Made by a program: the position numbers and the translations under genes. Below are positions 1 to 10,385 of a stretch of DNA of 64,000 nucleotides, piece by piece (the stretch's first letter is position 1; every line of letters begins with the position of its first letter). The stretch is from Eledone cirrhosa (lineage: Eukaryota), in NCBI GenBank assembly GCA_964016885.1, contig OZ024741.1, forward strand, positions 410,130,001-410,194,000. Reading direction: 5' to 3'. Under the pieces are notes generated by a model. That model was not told where the DNA came from. It saw nothing but the letters and a program-made list of their open reading frames with translations, and searched no databases.

Positions 1-1240
1 GACGACATGACCGGGCAGGTGCACTCGGGCGGAGAGGCATCGGGGCTGTTCAGAATCACCAACGGCGTCAAGCAAGGATGCGTGCTGGCTCCCGTCCTCT
101 TCAACCTGTTCTTCACCTGCGTGCTCAATCATGCCATCAGGGACCTCAAGCACGGAGTGTATCTGCGATACAGAATGGATGACTCCCTGATTGACCTGCG
201 GCACCTGACGGCCAAGTCAAGGACCGTGCAGAGGATCGTCCTGGAGGCTCTTTTTGCTGACGACTGTGCCCTCATGGCCCACAGGGAGTCTGACCTCCAA
301 GTCATCGTCAACAAGTTTGCGGAGGCCCCCTGCCTCTTCGGTCTCACAATTAGCCTTAGCAAGACTGAGGTCCTGTTCCAGCCTGCACCTGCCTCCATCG
401 CCCACCCTACTTCCATCTCCATCGGAGGCACCCAGCTAAAGACGGTGGACAACTTCAAGTACCTTGGCAGTGTCATCAGCAGCGATGGAAGCCTCGACAA
501 GGAGATAAACGCCAGAATCTGCAAGGCCAATCAAGCCCTTGGCTGCCTGAAGACACGCGTTCTGAACCAGCATAACATCAGGCAGTCCACCAAGCTCAAG
601 GTGTCCAGGGCTGTTGTTCTCACCAGCCTCCTCTACGGATGTGAGACATGGACCCTGTACAGAAGGCACCTGAAGCAGCTGGAACGGTTCCACGTGCGCA
701 GCCTGCGGTCAATTATGAACATCAAATGGCAGGACAAGGTGTCCAACCTCGAAGTTCTTGACATGGCTGAGACAACCAGTGTCGAAGCTATGATACTGAA
801 GAGCCGACTTCGATGGGTGGGACATGTCATCCGGATGGACGATCACAGGCTTCCGAAGCAACTGATGTATGGGGAACTCTGTTTGAGGAAACGAAAGTGG
901 GGCAGGCCTCTCAAGAGGCCCAAAGACTGCGTGAACTCCAGTATCAACAACACTGGAATCGCCCTAAAACAACTCGCGTCTCATGCTCAGGAGAGGACTG
1001 AGTGGCGAGCCCTTACCAGATGCGCCAAAGACTCTTTTGAAGAGAAAAGACGGACAGAGGTCACTGAGGCTCGTGAAAGACATTAGCAGCTGCCCTAAGC
1101 GACTCCGGTTTCTTCCCCTGCTCCCACTGTCCCTGGACCTGCAAGTCAAGGATCGGCCTCCACAGCCACCTTCGTGCCCACAGCAGACGGGGACAACAAT
1201 AAAGATGTCATCATCGTTTATGATGGACAATCAAGACAGC
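1..1240 (+). mobile_element. RTE-clade (BovB-like) LINE, 3' part; runs off the window start
   Basis: RT motifs GVKQGCVLAP, LFADD, FKYLGS, LLYGCETW and RLRWVGHV; C2H2 finger in a shifted frame (1086-1202); 3' stem-loop TGTCATCATC-GTTT-ATGATGGACA at about 1206-1229. Confidence 0.93.
7..1202 (+). pseudogene. RTE reverse transcriptase C-terminal half with a frameshifted C2H2 zinc finger
   Basis: ORF 7..1086, then the -1 frame from 1086 reads AAALSDSGFFPCSHCPWTCKSRIGLHSHLRAHSRRGQQ* (TAA 1200-1202). Confidence 0.85.
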
Positions 1241-1446
1241 CATATGTGTGAAAGTGTGGTATGTATGTTACTTATGTGAAAATTATGAAGGAGTGACTGA
1301 GACTAGGAAAAAAAAGGAAGGGACAAGTGTTTCAAATGTAATTGATATGTTGGGTTTAATATAAAAGATTTTAGTTGAAGAGTTTCTGTAGCTTGTCAAC
1401 ATCGGCTACAGAGACTGCCGCCAAATAACTGGCCATTTTTGGTGAG

Positions 1447-1642
1447 AGATACATAGATATATAGACAGTGTGTGTGTGTGTGTGTGTGCGTATGTGTGTT
1501 TATGTATGTATATATGTATGTATGATGTATGTATATGTGTGTGTGTATGTGTGTGTGTGTTTATGTATGTATATTTGTATTTATGATGTATGCATATGTG
1601 TATGTATGTGTGTATGTATATGTATGTTTGTGTGTATGTATA
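1447..1642. repeat. Mixed (TG)n/(TA)n/(TATG)n microsatellite
   Basis: Direct inspection. Confidence 0.9.
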
Positions 1643-1840
1643 TTCTTCTGGTTTTATAATTATAAAAGTCAGTTTCTAACATAGACACAAGACTCTCTCA
1701 TTGGAATTTACACATCTAGTAGATATGTATTGCATGTGTAGGTATGCATGTTATTGTGTGTGTGTGGATGTGTATGTTACATTGAGTTGTATGTGTGCAT
1801 GTGCATATACTTTGTATCTGTACATGTGTATATGCAGTTA

Positions 1841-3412
1841 TTAGATGCAAAATTTTTGGAATGTTTTACATGTTTTTACTGTCCCATTAATGGATTGTAC
1901 TTGTAATTTCCTAACTAGTTGTGTTCTTTCTGTTCCTGTGAAGCCCAGCTCCTCAAGATTTGTATTGAGGCAGTTACTAACATACCCCAGTGCCCCAATA
2001 ATCACAGACATAAATCTGAAGGTGTAATCAGGGTGGAGTATCTGCAGATTTCTCATTAGTTCTGCATAAATATTCTCCTTTTCGCTAATCTTTGATATTA
2101 TATTGGCATCTGCTGGACAGCTAACTTCCACTACTGTGAATGCCCTCTTTTCCCTGTCCCATATCATAATATCTGGTATGTTATGCCTGCATTTTATTGG
2201 GGTTTTTACTGGAACATTCCACCAGTACTCTTTCATATTATGTATATGTATGTCTTCCACATTGCTGTATCTTTTAATGTGTTTATTATCGGGGCTATCT
2301 TTTCTACGGATTGCATTGTACAGTGTTTTGGCCACTACATCATGCCTCATAGGTAGATAGTACCACGATGACATCTTTGGACAGCAGCTTATGACATGGG
2401 TGACATCTTTGCTGTTAATTCTGCAGAGTCTGCACTTGTTGTCACATCTAGGTGTTTTGTCTGCATTCGTATCTCTTTTGTAAATCAGGTATTTCATGTT
2501 GATTTCCTGTTCTTGGATTGCAAAAGCATATCCTTCAAACTGGGAGCCAATATAGCGGTTGTTGGTCCAAAATAGACTACTTTCTTTATCTACGAAGGTA
2601 ATCCCAAAAGTAAGGTCTCCAAAGCGATGGGGACGCAGAGAAACTGTTTATACGGCTGTTGGCAACACTGTTGTGATTGGTGCATCCTTCACTCCCAAAC
2701 AAGCATGCGCACCCTTCGCTGGGATGCTCAATCTTGGTTTGGCAGCCGTTGAGAATGGAGCTCCTGTTGAACGCTATCGCCAAGTGCAAATTTCGCGCAG
2801 TTATTATATACGAGGGCAATCCCAAAAGTAAGGTCTCCTTCCGAGGAAAACACGCGTAAAGATCGGCGGATCACTCTGGATGCTCTCTGCATTTTGGTTC
2901 CTGAGGTTTCCCGAAGCACCATCCACAGGATTTTAACGGAAAAGTTGCAATATCGGAAAAAGACCTTACTTTTGGGATTGCCCTCGTATATTACTCTCAC
3001 TCTGGAGCTTCTTGGCAACATATCCATGCATGATATTTTGCTGATAAGCATGCAGTTTTTCATCCATGGATTCGCTGCGGTATTTCTGGGCAATTTCCCT
3101 GGGTGTGAGTTTTTGATTATCATTCAGGGAATACCTCTGGAGGAGTTCCTTCCCAACTCTCATGATCTTATCTGTTTCATGCAAATACACTTGCTCGAGA
3201 GACGGGCTCCTACGCTTCGAGGTTCGTAGATGTTATTGGAGGGATATGATGCGACACTCAAATGCTGTCTGGACTGATGGTAGGCCTCTGCCTCCCTGCT
3301 TACGATTCAAGTAGAGGCGGTCTATGTCACTGTTGATGTGGAAGTTTCCGGTGTTGTTTAGGACTTTTCAGGTTTTAACATCAATTGCTCGGATTTCGTC
3401 TATCTTCCAATG
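1841..3412 (-). mobile_element. 5'-truncated non-LTR retrotransposon with restriction-like endonuclease (R4/Dong-like), split by a mariner insertion
   Basis: Minus strand: HINSDIDRLYLNRKQGGRGL, CCHC knuckle CRLC...HVISCC, RHD, PDI...VVEVSCP...K...Y (PD-(D/E)xK), IIGALG; at least one in-frame stop upstream; the frame is continuous once 2593-2988 is removed. Confidence 0.88.
2593..2986 (+). mobile_element. Non-autonomous mariner derivative with three TIRs
   Basis: 26-bp TIRs at 2593-2618 and 2811-2836 (direct) and 2961-2986 (inverted); TA TSD at 2591-2592 and 2987-2988; transposase remnants MELLLNAIAKCKFRAVI and KDRRITLDAL...SRSTIHRILTEKLQYRK. Confidence 0.9.
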
Positions 3413-3445
3413 TATGTATATATGAATGTATGTATATATATATAT

Positions 3446-3671
3446 GTGGGCTGAGTGCTTTTCTGCCGTGGCACCTCCACGACCACTTTGCCGTGGGAGG
3501 GTGTGGAGGCATATTATCTATATGCTTCAGCTTCGGCTTGTACCCATGGGGGGTCGGGTCTTCTGTATTACTGCATGACGCCAGAGGTCTCGGTCCTGTG
3601 TCATTGTCTTTGAGAGGTGTAATTCGGTAAGGTCGGCTTTTATCACCTCATCCCAGGTCTTCTTGGGTCTC
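3446..3671 (-). mobile_element. RTE LINE 3' fragment (ORF end plus start of 3' UTR)
   Basis: Diverged reverse complement of about 4626-4849; encodes RPKKTWDEVIKADL. Confidence 0.85.
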
Positions 3672-3674
3672 CTT

Positions 3675-4050
3675 GCAAGTGGTTAGAACATTGGCCTTGC
3701 AATCTAAAGGTTGTGAGTTCAATTCTCAAACCGGGAGATGTGTTGTTTCCTTGAGCAAGACACTATATTTCACATTGCTGCAGTTTACTCAGCTGTAGAA
3801 ATGAGATGATAGGGACTGGGGTCCCTATCATTTCACTGCAAAGTGGTCGTGGAGGTGCCACGGCAAAAAAGCACCCAGCCCACACTGTAAAATGTACGTG
3901 TAGGCGCCACAGAAAAAAAAGCACCCATCACTCACTGTAAATGAGGTTGGTGTTAAGAAGGGCGTCCAGCTGTAGAAATCAAGCCAGAATCAGTTCCCGT
4001 CCCACCCTTGCAAGCAGGGAAAAGCGGACGTAAAATGAAATGAAGTGATG
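3675..4050 (+). mobile_element. tRNA-derived SINE head joined through a hairpin to an RTE-type 3' tail
   Basis: A-box-like TGGTTAGAACATTGG, B-box GAGTTCAATTC, CORE-like TCCTTGAGCAAGACACT; 3834-4050 matches the RTE 3' UTR at 4803-5065. Confidence 0.7.
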
Positions 4051-4060
4051 ATATCTCTGA

Positions 4061-5065
4061 AAGCTTAACTAAAAATGTAGGCTTCACATGCATAAGCTGT
4101 GCTGGGACAGCAAGCAGCAAACAGCCACAGGAAACAAGTACCACCAATCTCTGGGAGCGCTCTGTAGAAACAGTAGACAGCTTCTGCTATCTAGATGACC
4201 GAATTAGCAGCGGAGGTGGGTGTTCGGAAAGTACAATAACTAGAGTAAGAACGGGATGGAAGAAGTTCAGGGAGCTACTGCCACTGCTAGCTGCAAAAGG
4301 CTTTTCCTTCAAAATGAAAGGCAGACTGTATGATGCGTGTATACGAACAGCAATGTTACATGGAAGTGAAACCTGGGCACTGTCTGTGGAAGAATTACGT
4401 AGATTAGAAAAAAAACGAAGCCTGCATGCTCCGATGGGTGTGTAATAGTAATATACGCGAACGGAAAAGTATAAACGAATTGAGAGAGAGACTGAGCATA
4501 AGAGGAATCAAATGCTGTGTGCAGGAGAGGAGGATGCGTTGGTATGGACATGTGATGCGTATGAAGGATGACAGCTGCATAAAAAGGTGCAGAACACTAG
4601 AAGTCGATGGAAGCCGCGGAGTGGGGAGACCCAAGAAGACCTGGGATGAGGTGATAAAGGCCGACCTTACCCAATTACACCTCTCAAAGGCGATGACACA
4701 CGACCGTGACCTCTGGCATCACGCAGAAATACATAAGACCCCCCCCCAACCCAGGAACAAGCCGAAGCTGAAGCATATAGACAATATGCCTCCACACTCT
4801 CCCACTGCAAAGTGGTCGTGGAGGTGCCACGGCAAAAAAGCACCCAGCCCACACTGTAAAGTGGACGTGTAGGCGCCACAGAAAAAAAGCACCCAGCACT
4901 CACTGTAAATGAGGTTGGTGTTAGGAAAGGCATCCAGCTGTAGAAATCAAGCCAGAATAAGTTCCCGTATGAGCAAGACAAGGTCAGCCGACTGGACACT
5001 GCCCACAACAGGACAACCCGTCTAACCCATGCTAGCGTGGAAGAACGGACGTAAAATGGTGATGT
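4061..5065 (+). mobile_element. 5'-truncated, frameshifted RTE LINE (same family as 16182-17826)
   Basis: FCYL...SSGGGC, GWKKFRELLPLL, AMLHGSETW, MRWYGHVMR, GRPKKTW; 3' UTR GGTGTTAGGAAAGGCATCCAGCTGTAGAAA and GAT-rich tail. Confidence 0.9.
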
Positions 5066-5311
5066 TATAATGAAACAACAGGCTGTTACTGGCGGGAGAT
5101 AAACATATGGAGACAGTATATAAACATATAAATCCAATTTTGTCAATAACGAAATTCCTAGAAGTCACCCATATACATACTCATACACACAGATATCACC
5201 CCCACACACATACACATGCACAGACAGCCCCCCACCATATATATATGGAAGAACTGAGAAGTGTCAATAGTTTAGAAACCCCAAATCGGTAAACAGAGCT
5301 TGTTATCATTA

Positions 5312-8140
5312 GTTGGCAGTCTTGGAGAATTGGTAGTGTGTCTTGGAGAATTGGCAGTGTGTCTTGGAGAATTGGCAGTGTGTATTGTAGAATTGGTAGT
5401 GTGTCTTGGAGAATTGGTAGTGTGTCTTGGAGAATTGGCAGTGTGTCTTGGAGAATTGGTAGTGTCGCTTGGAGAACTGGTAGAGTGTCTTGGAGAATTG
5501 GCAGTGTGTCTTGGAGAATTGGCAGTGTGTGTTGTAGAATTGGTAGTGTGTCTTGTAGAATTGGTAGTGTGTCTTGGAGAATTGGCAGTCTTGGAGAATT
5601 GACAATGTGTCTTGGAGAATTGGTAGTGTGTCTTGGAGAATTGTCAATCTTTGAGAGTTGGTAGTGTGTCTTGGAGAATTGGCAGTGTGTCTTGGAGAAT
5701 CGGTAGTGTGTCTTGGAGAATTGGTAGTGTTTCTTGGAGAATTGGTAGTGTGTCTTGGAGAATTGGCAGTGTGTCTTGGAGAATTGGCAGTGTGTCTTGG
5801 AGAATTGGTAGTGTCGCTTGGAGAACTGGTAGAGTGTCTTGGAGAATTGGCAGTGTGTCTTGGAGAATTGGCAGTGTGTGTTGTAGAATTGGTAGTGTGT
5901 CTTGTAGAATTGGTAGTGTGTCTTGGAGAATTGGCAGTCTTGGAGAATTGACAATGTGTCTTGGAGAATTGGTAGTATGTCTTGGAGAAATGGTAGTGTT
6001 TCTTGGAGAATTGGGAGTGTGATCTTGGAGAATTGGCAGTGTTTCTTGGAGAATTGGCAGTGTGTCTTGGAGAATTGGTAGTGTGTCTTGGAGAATTGGT
6101 AGTGTTTCTTGGAGAATTGGTAGTGTGTCTTGGAGAATTGGTAGTGTGTGTTGTAGAATTGGTAGTGTGTCTTGGAGAATTGGTAGTGTGTCTTAGAGAA
6201 TTGGCAGTGTGTCTTGGAGAATTGGTAGTGTGTCTTGGAGAATTGGTAGTGTTTCTTGGAGAATTGGTAGTGTGTCTTGGAGAATTGGTAGTGTGTCTTG
6301 GAGAATTGGCAGTCTTGGAAATTGACAATGTGTCTTGGAGAATTGGTAGTGTGTCTTGGAGAATTGGTAGTGTGTCTTGGAGAATTGGTAGTGTTTCTTG
6401 GAGAATTGGCAGTGTGATCTTGGAGAATTGGCAGTGTGTCTTGGAGAATTGGTAGTGTGTCTTGGAGAATTGGCAGTGTGATCTTGGAGAATTGGCAGTG
6501 TGTCTTGGAGAATTGGTAGTGTGTCTTGGAGAATTGGTAGTGTTTCTTGGAGAATTGGCAGTGTGTCTTGGAGAATTGGTAGTGTGTCTTGGAGAATTGG
6601 CAGTGTGATCTTGGAGAATTGGCAGTGTGTCTTGGAGAATTGGTAGTGTGTCTTGGAGAATTGGTAGTGTTTCTTGGAGAATTGGCAGTGTGATCTTGGA
6701 GAATTGGCAGTGTGTTCTTGGAGAATTGGCAGTGTGTCTTGGAGAATTGGTAGTGTGTCTTGGAGAATTGGTAGTGTTTCTTGGGGAATTGGTAGTGTGT
6801 CTTGGAGAATTGGTAGTGTGTGTTGTAGAATTGGTAGTGTGTTTTGGAGAATTGGTAGTGTGTCTTAGAGAATTGGCAGTGTGTCTTGGAGAATTGGTAG
6901 TGTGTCTTGGAGAATTGGTAGTGTTTCTTGGAGAATTGGTAGTGTGTCTTGGAGAATTGGTAGTGTGTCTTGGAGAATTGGCAGTCTTGGAGAATTGACA
7001 ATGTGTCTTGGAGAATTGGTAGTGTGTCTTGGAGAATTGGCAGTGTGTCTTGCAGAATTGGTAGTGTGTCTTGGAGAATTGGTCGTGGAGAATTGTTAGT
7101 GTGTCTTGGAGAATTGGTAGTGTGTCTTGGAGAATTGGCAGTGTGATCTTGGAGAATTGGCAGTGTGTTCTTGGAGAATTGGCAGTGTCTTGGAGAATTG
7201 GTAGTGTGTCTTGGAGAATTGGTAGTGTTTCTTGGAGAATTGGTAGTGTGTCTTGGAGAATTGGCAGTGTGTGTTGTAGAATTGGTAGTGTGTCTTGGAG
7301 AATTGGTAGTGTGTCTTAGAGAATTGGCAGTGTGTCTTGGAGAATTGGTAGTGTGTCTTGGAGAATTGGTAGTGTTTCTTGGAGAATTGGTAGTGTGTCT
7401 TGGAGAATTGGTAGTGTGTCTTGGAGAATTGGCAGTCTTGGAGAATTGACAATGTGTCTTGGAGAATTGGTAGTGTGTCTTGGAGAATTGGCAGTGTGTC
7501 TTGCAGAATTGGTAGTGTGTCTTGGAGAATTGGTCGTGGAGAATTGGCAGTGTGTCTTGGAGAATTGGTAGTGTGTCTTGGAGAATTGGTAGTGTTTCTT
7601 GGAGAATTGGTAGTGTGTCTTGGAGAATTGGCAGTGTGTCTTGGAGAATTGGCAGTGTGTGTTGTAGAATTGGTAGTGTGTCTTAGAGAATTGGCAGTGT
7701 GTCTTGGAGAATTGGTAGTGTGTCTTGGAGAATTTGTAGTATATCTTGGAGAATTGGCAGTCTTAGAGAATTGACAATGTGTCTTGGAGAATTGGTAGTG
7801 TGTCTTGGAGAATTGGCAGTGTGTCTTGCAGAATTGGTAGTGTGTCTTGGAGAATTGGTAGTGTGTCTTGGAGAATTGGCAGTGTGTGTTGTAGAATTGG
7901 TAGTGTGTCTTGGAGAATTGGTAGTGTGTCTTGAAAGAGTTGGCTGTGTGTCTTGGAGAATTGGTAGTGTGTCTTGGAGAACTGGCAGTGTATCTTGGAG
8001 AATTTGTATGATATCTTGGAGAATTGGTATTGTTTCTTGGAGAATTGGTAGTGTGTCTTGGAGAATTGGCAGTGTGTGTTGTAGAATTGGTAGTGTGTCT
8101 TGGAGAATTGGCAGGCTTGGACAATTGGCAGTCTTGGAGA
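5312..8140. repeat. 21-bp minisatellite, consensus TCTTGGAGAATTGGYAGTGTG, roughly 135 units with 17- and 22-bp variants
   Basis: Direct periodicity; accounts for all the long repetitive ORFs in this interval. Confidence 0.97.
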
Positions 8141-8402
8141 AAGATCACTGATTTTAAAACCAGGGTAGATAGGACTCCTTAGTTTCCATGGTGACAACCT
8201 TTCAAGTGGTCAACGGCTTCATAATTGTGATGACAGCAGATGAGGTCAGGCTTCCGAGTAATGGTCAGGTGATGAATCAGGACCTACTGATGTCACTTTA
8301 TCTTGGTGAAAATCCTGGGCATACAGCTTCATATAGCTGGACATTGATAGAATTGTTCAGAGTCGTTGACCCTCAGCAATGACGATGGACCATATATATA
8401 TA

Positions 8403-8590
8403 TAATTGTTTCTACTTTTGGCACCAGGCCAGCAATTATCTCAGTGCATTACTGGTAGTTTATTTTATCGACCCCGTAAAAATGAAAGGCAAAGTTAACC
8501 TCGGCGGGATTTGAACTCAGATCATAAAGGGTGGTAACTCTATGCTTCAAAGGATGGCGCCCGACCCTCTACCGATACTGCCAATCCACC
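8403..8590 (-). mobile_element. tRNA-derived SINE with a Meta/Sauria-like central domain
   Basis: Minus strand B-box GAGTTCAAATCC followed by GCCTTTCAT...GGGGTCGATAAAATAAA; same family at 58220, 63006 and 63191. Confidence 0.85.
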
Positions 8591-8662
8591 ATGATGAACC
8601 ATATGATGATGGACCATATGATGATGGACCATATGATGATGGACCATATGATGATGGACCAT
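8591..8662. repeat. 15-bp tandem repeat ATGATGATGGACCAT, about 5 copies
   Basis: Direct inspection; one variant unit also lies left of the SINE at 8379-8393. Confidence 0.9.
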
Positions 8663-8681
8663 ATATATATATAAGACCAGA

Positions 8682-8733
<52 letters not shown>

Positions 8734-8735
8734 GA

Positions 8736-8830
8736 GTAAGCCACAGTCACTTGACCCGACTTACCTCTAAAGGGACAACCCATTTAACCCATGCTAACAT
8801 CGAAAATGTATGTTAAATGATGATGATGAT
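8736..8830 (+). mobile_element. Very short RTE-type 3' tail
   Basis: GGACAACCCATTTAACCCATGCTAAC...(GAT)n resembles 5011-5065. Confidence 0.6.
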
Positions 8831-9643
8831 AATAATAATATATATATATTTACAAATCGTAGCTATATCTACCTTAAGTTTACCCTACTCCTTCAGATAT
8901 AAACTGTGTTCTAGCATAAATATTTATTATGAAATAATAGTTTTCTAGTTGCATGAGGTCACTACCTACCTTTATTTGTGATAAATATAATCTTTTTATA
9001 TCAGGTTTTCAGTAGTGTAGTCTAAATGTAATGATTGCTTTTCTTCTTTTTCTGGTTAGATATGCAGTTCATTTAGTGTTCAATTAAGAGTATTAAAATG
9101 TTGTTCAGACAGAGTATGGATACCTATTAATTTAATTTTTACATTGAAATGTTTTAAGTAGTAATCTAATGTGTAATTACTTTTCTGATATTTTTATGAG
9201 TTCATTAGTCTAGTTCCTTAATTCATAATCTCAGTTTCTTTATCAACGATGATATCAATGTTTATAATTAATTTTCCTCTTAACACATTGTTCTAAAGCA
9301 AATCACGTATCTATTTCTCTGGTAAATCCATGTACTATTTTCAGTAGTGTTTCTAGTTCTATAGCATCTACAGTATAAGACTTATGATTGTTTACATACT
9401 TGAGAAGGTGTCAGTGACAGATAGAAGGGAAGTAATCCTCTTGGAATATACCTCTTCTAATAGAAATGGGATTACTTTTTACGGCTACCTTTTTGTGTGT
9501 ACCAACAAAATTGTTAGCCATTTATCAAATCTCCATCTCCATGTATTTTCTTATTGCTGGTGCTACCTTTCTCATGGCTTGTGTATCCGGTATCCACATG
9601 TGGGAAATATTGCTAAACGTTTTCTGGTAAGCACTCTACTGAG

Positions 9644-9876
9644 TGGGGAGAGACGGAGACTGGGAGTTTGGTTGTGTTCAGATCTTGTGTATATGTGTGA
9701 GGTGGGGAGAGCAGGAGAGACGGAGACTGGGATGTGTTCAGATCTGGTGTATATGTGTGAGGTGGGGAGAGCAGGAGAGACAGAGACTGGGATGTGTTCA
9801 GACCTGGTGTATATGTGTGAGGTGGGGAGAGCAGGAGAGATGGAGACTGGGAGTTTGGTTGTGTTCAGATCTGGTG
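9644..9876. repeat. 60-bp tandem repeat, about 3.5 copies
   Basis: Lines 9661, 9721 and 9781 align with period 60 (GTTCAGATCTGGTGTATATGTGTGAGGTGGGGAGAGCAGGAGAGA). Confidence 0.92.
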
Positions 9877-10155
9877 ATTATATTTTACAGACACTCACTC
9901 ATGTAATGGAGCTTCGGATTCTCTTGTTTTTTTCCTTTTCTTTTTTGCTTGTTTTTTTTCCAGTCATCAGTTAAAGCTTTGTTGATCAGTAACTGATCTT
10001 TACAGCCTCCCTCCCTCCCTGTACTATTACACCACCTGCTCCTTCCTCCATTACACCACCCTCCCTCTTCTCCTCCTCTAGTACACCACTCTTACCCTCT
10101 TCTTCAATTACTGTCCACCTCCTCTATTACACTTCGGCTGTTTGACTAATTTGTG

Positions 10156-10326
10156 CCGTGGTAGTGGTGGTGGTGGTGGTGACAGTGGTGGTGGTGGTGG
10201 TGGTAGTAGTGGTGGTAGTAGTGGTGGTGGTGGTGACAGTGGTGGTGGTGGTGGTAGTAGAGGTGGTAGTTGTGGTGGTGACAGTGGTGGTAGTGATAGT
10301 GGTGGTGGTGGTGGTGGTGTCCGTGG
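10156..10326. repeat. Imperfect (GGT)n trinucleotide tract
   Basis: Direct inspection. Confidence 0.92.
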
Positions 10327-10385
10327 TATGTATGCTGTTACTACGTTACAGAGCTCAGCTTATGTATGCCTTGGTCATGTGCATT

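Noticed and set aside
1382-1416. Hairpin GTTTCTGTAGC...GCTACAGAGAC as a ribozyme or terminator
   Set aside because: No CTGANGA core on either strand and no assignable context.
3675-3740. tRNA gene
   Set aside because: A and B boxes are present but there is no complete cloverleaf, and it continues into SINE body.
5196-8197. Long ORFs (601, 350 and 339 aa) as a repetitive structural protein gene
   Set aside because: By-product of a stop-poor 21-bp unit; frames switch at 17/22-bp units and no unique domain or splice structure is evident.
8148-8385. Moderately GC-rich unique stretch as a possible host exon
   Set aside because: No convincing open frame with splice sites or recognisable protein in the frames I checked; cannot be excluded without RNA data.
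9384-9974. 196-aa ORF
   Set aside because: Length is inflated by the 60-bp repeat; no recognisable motif.
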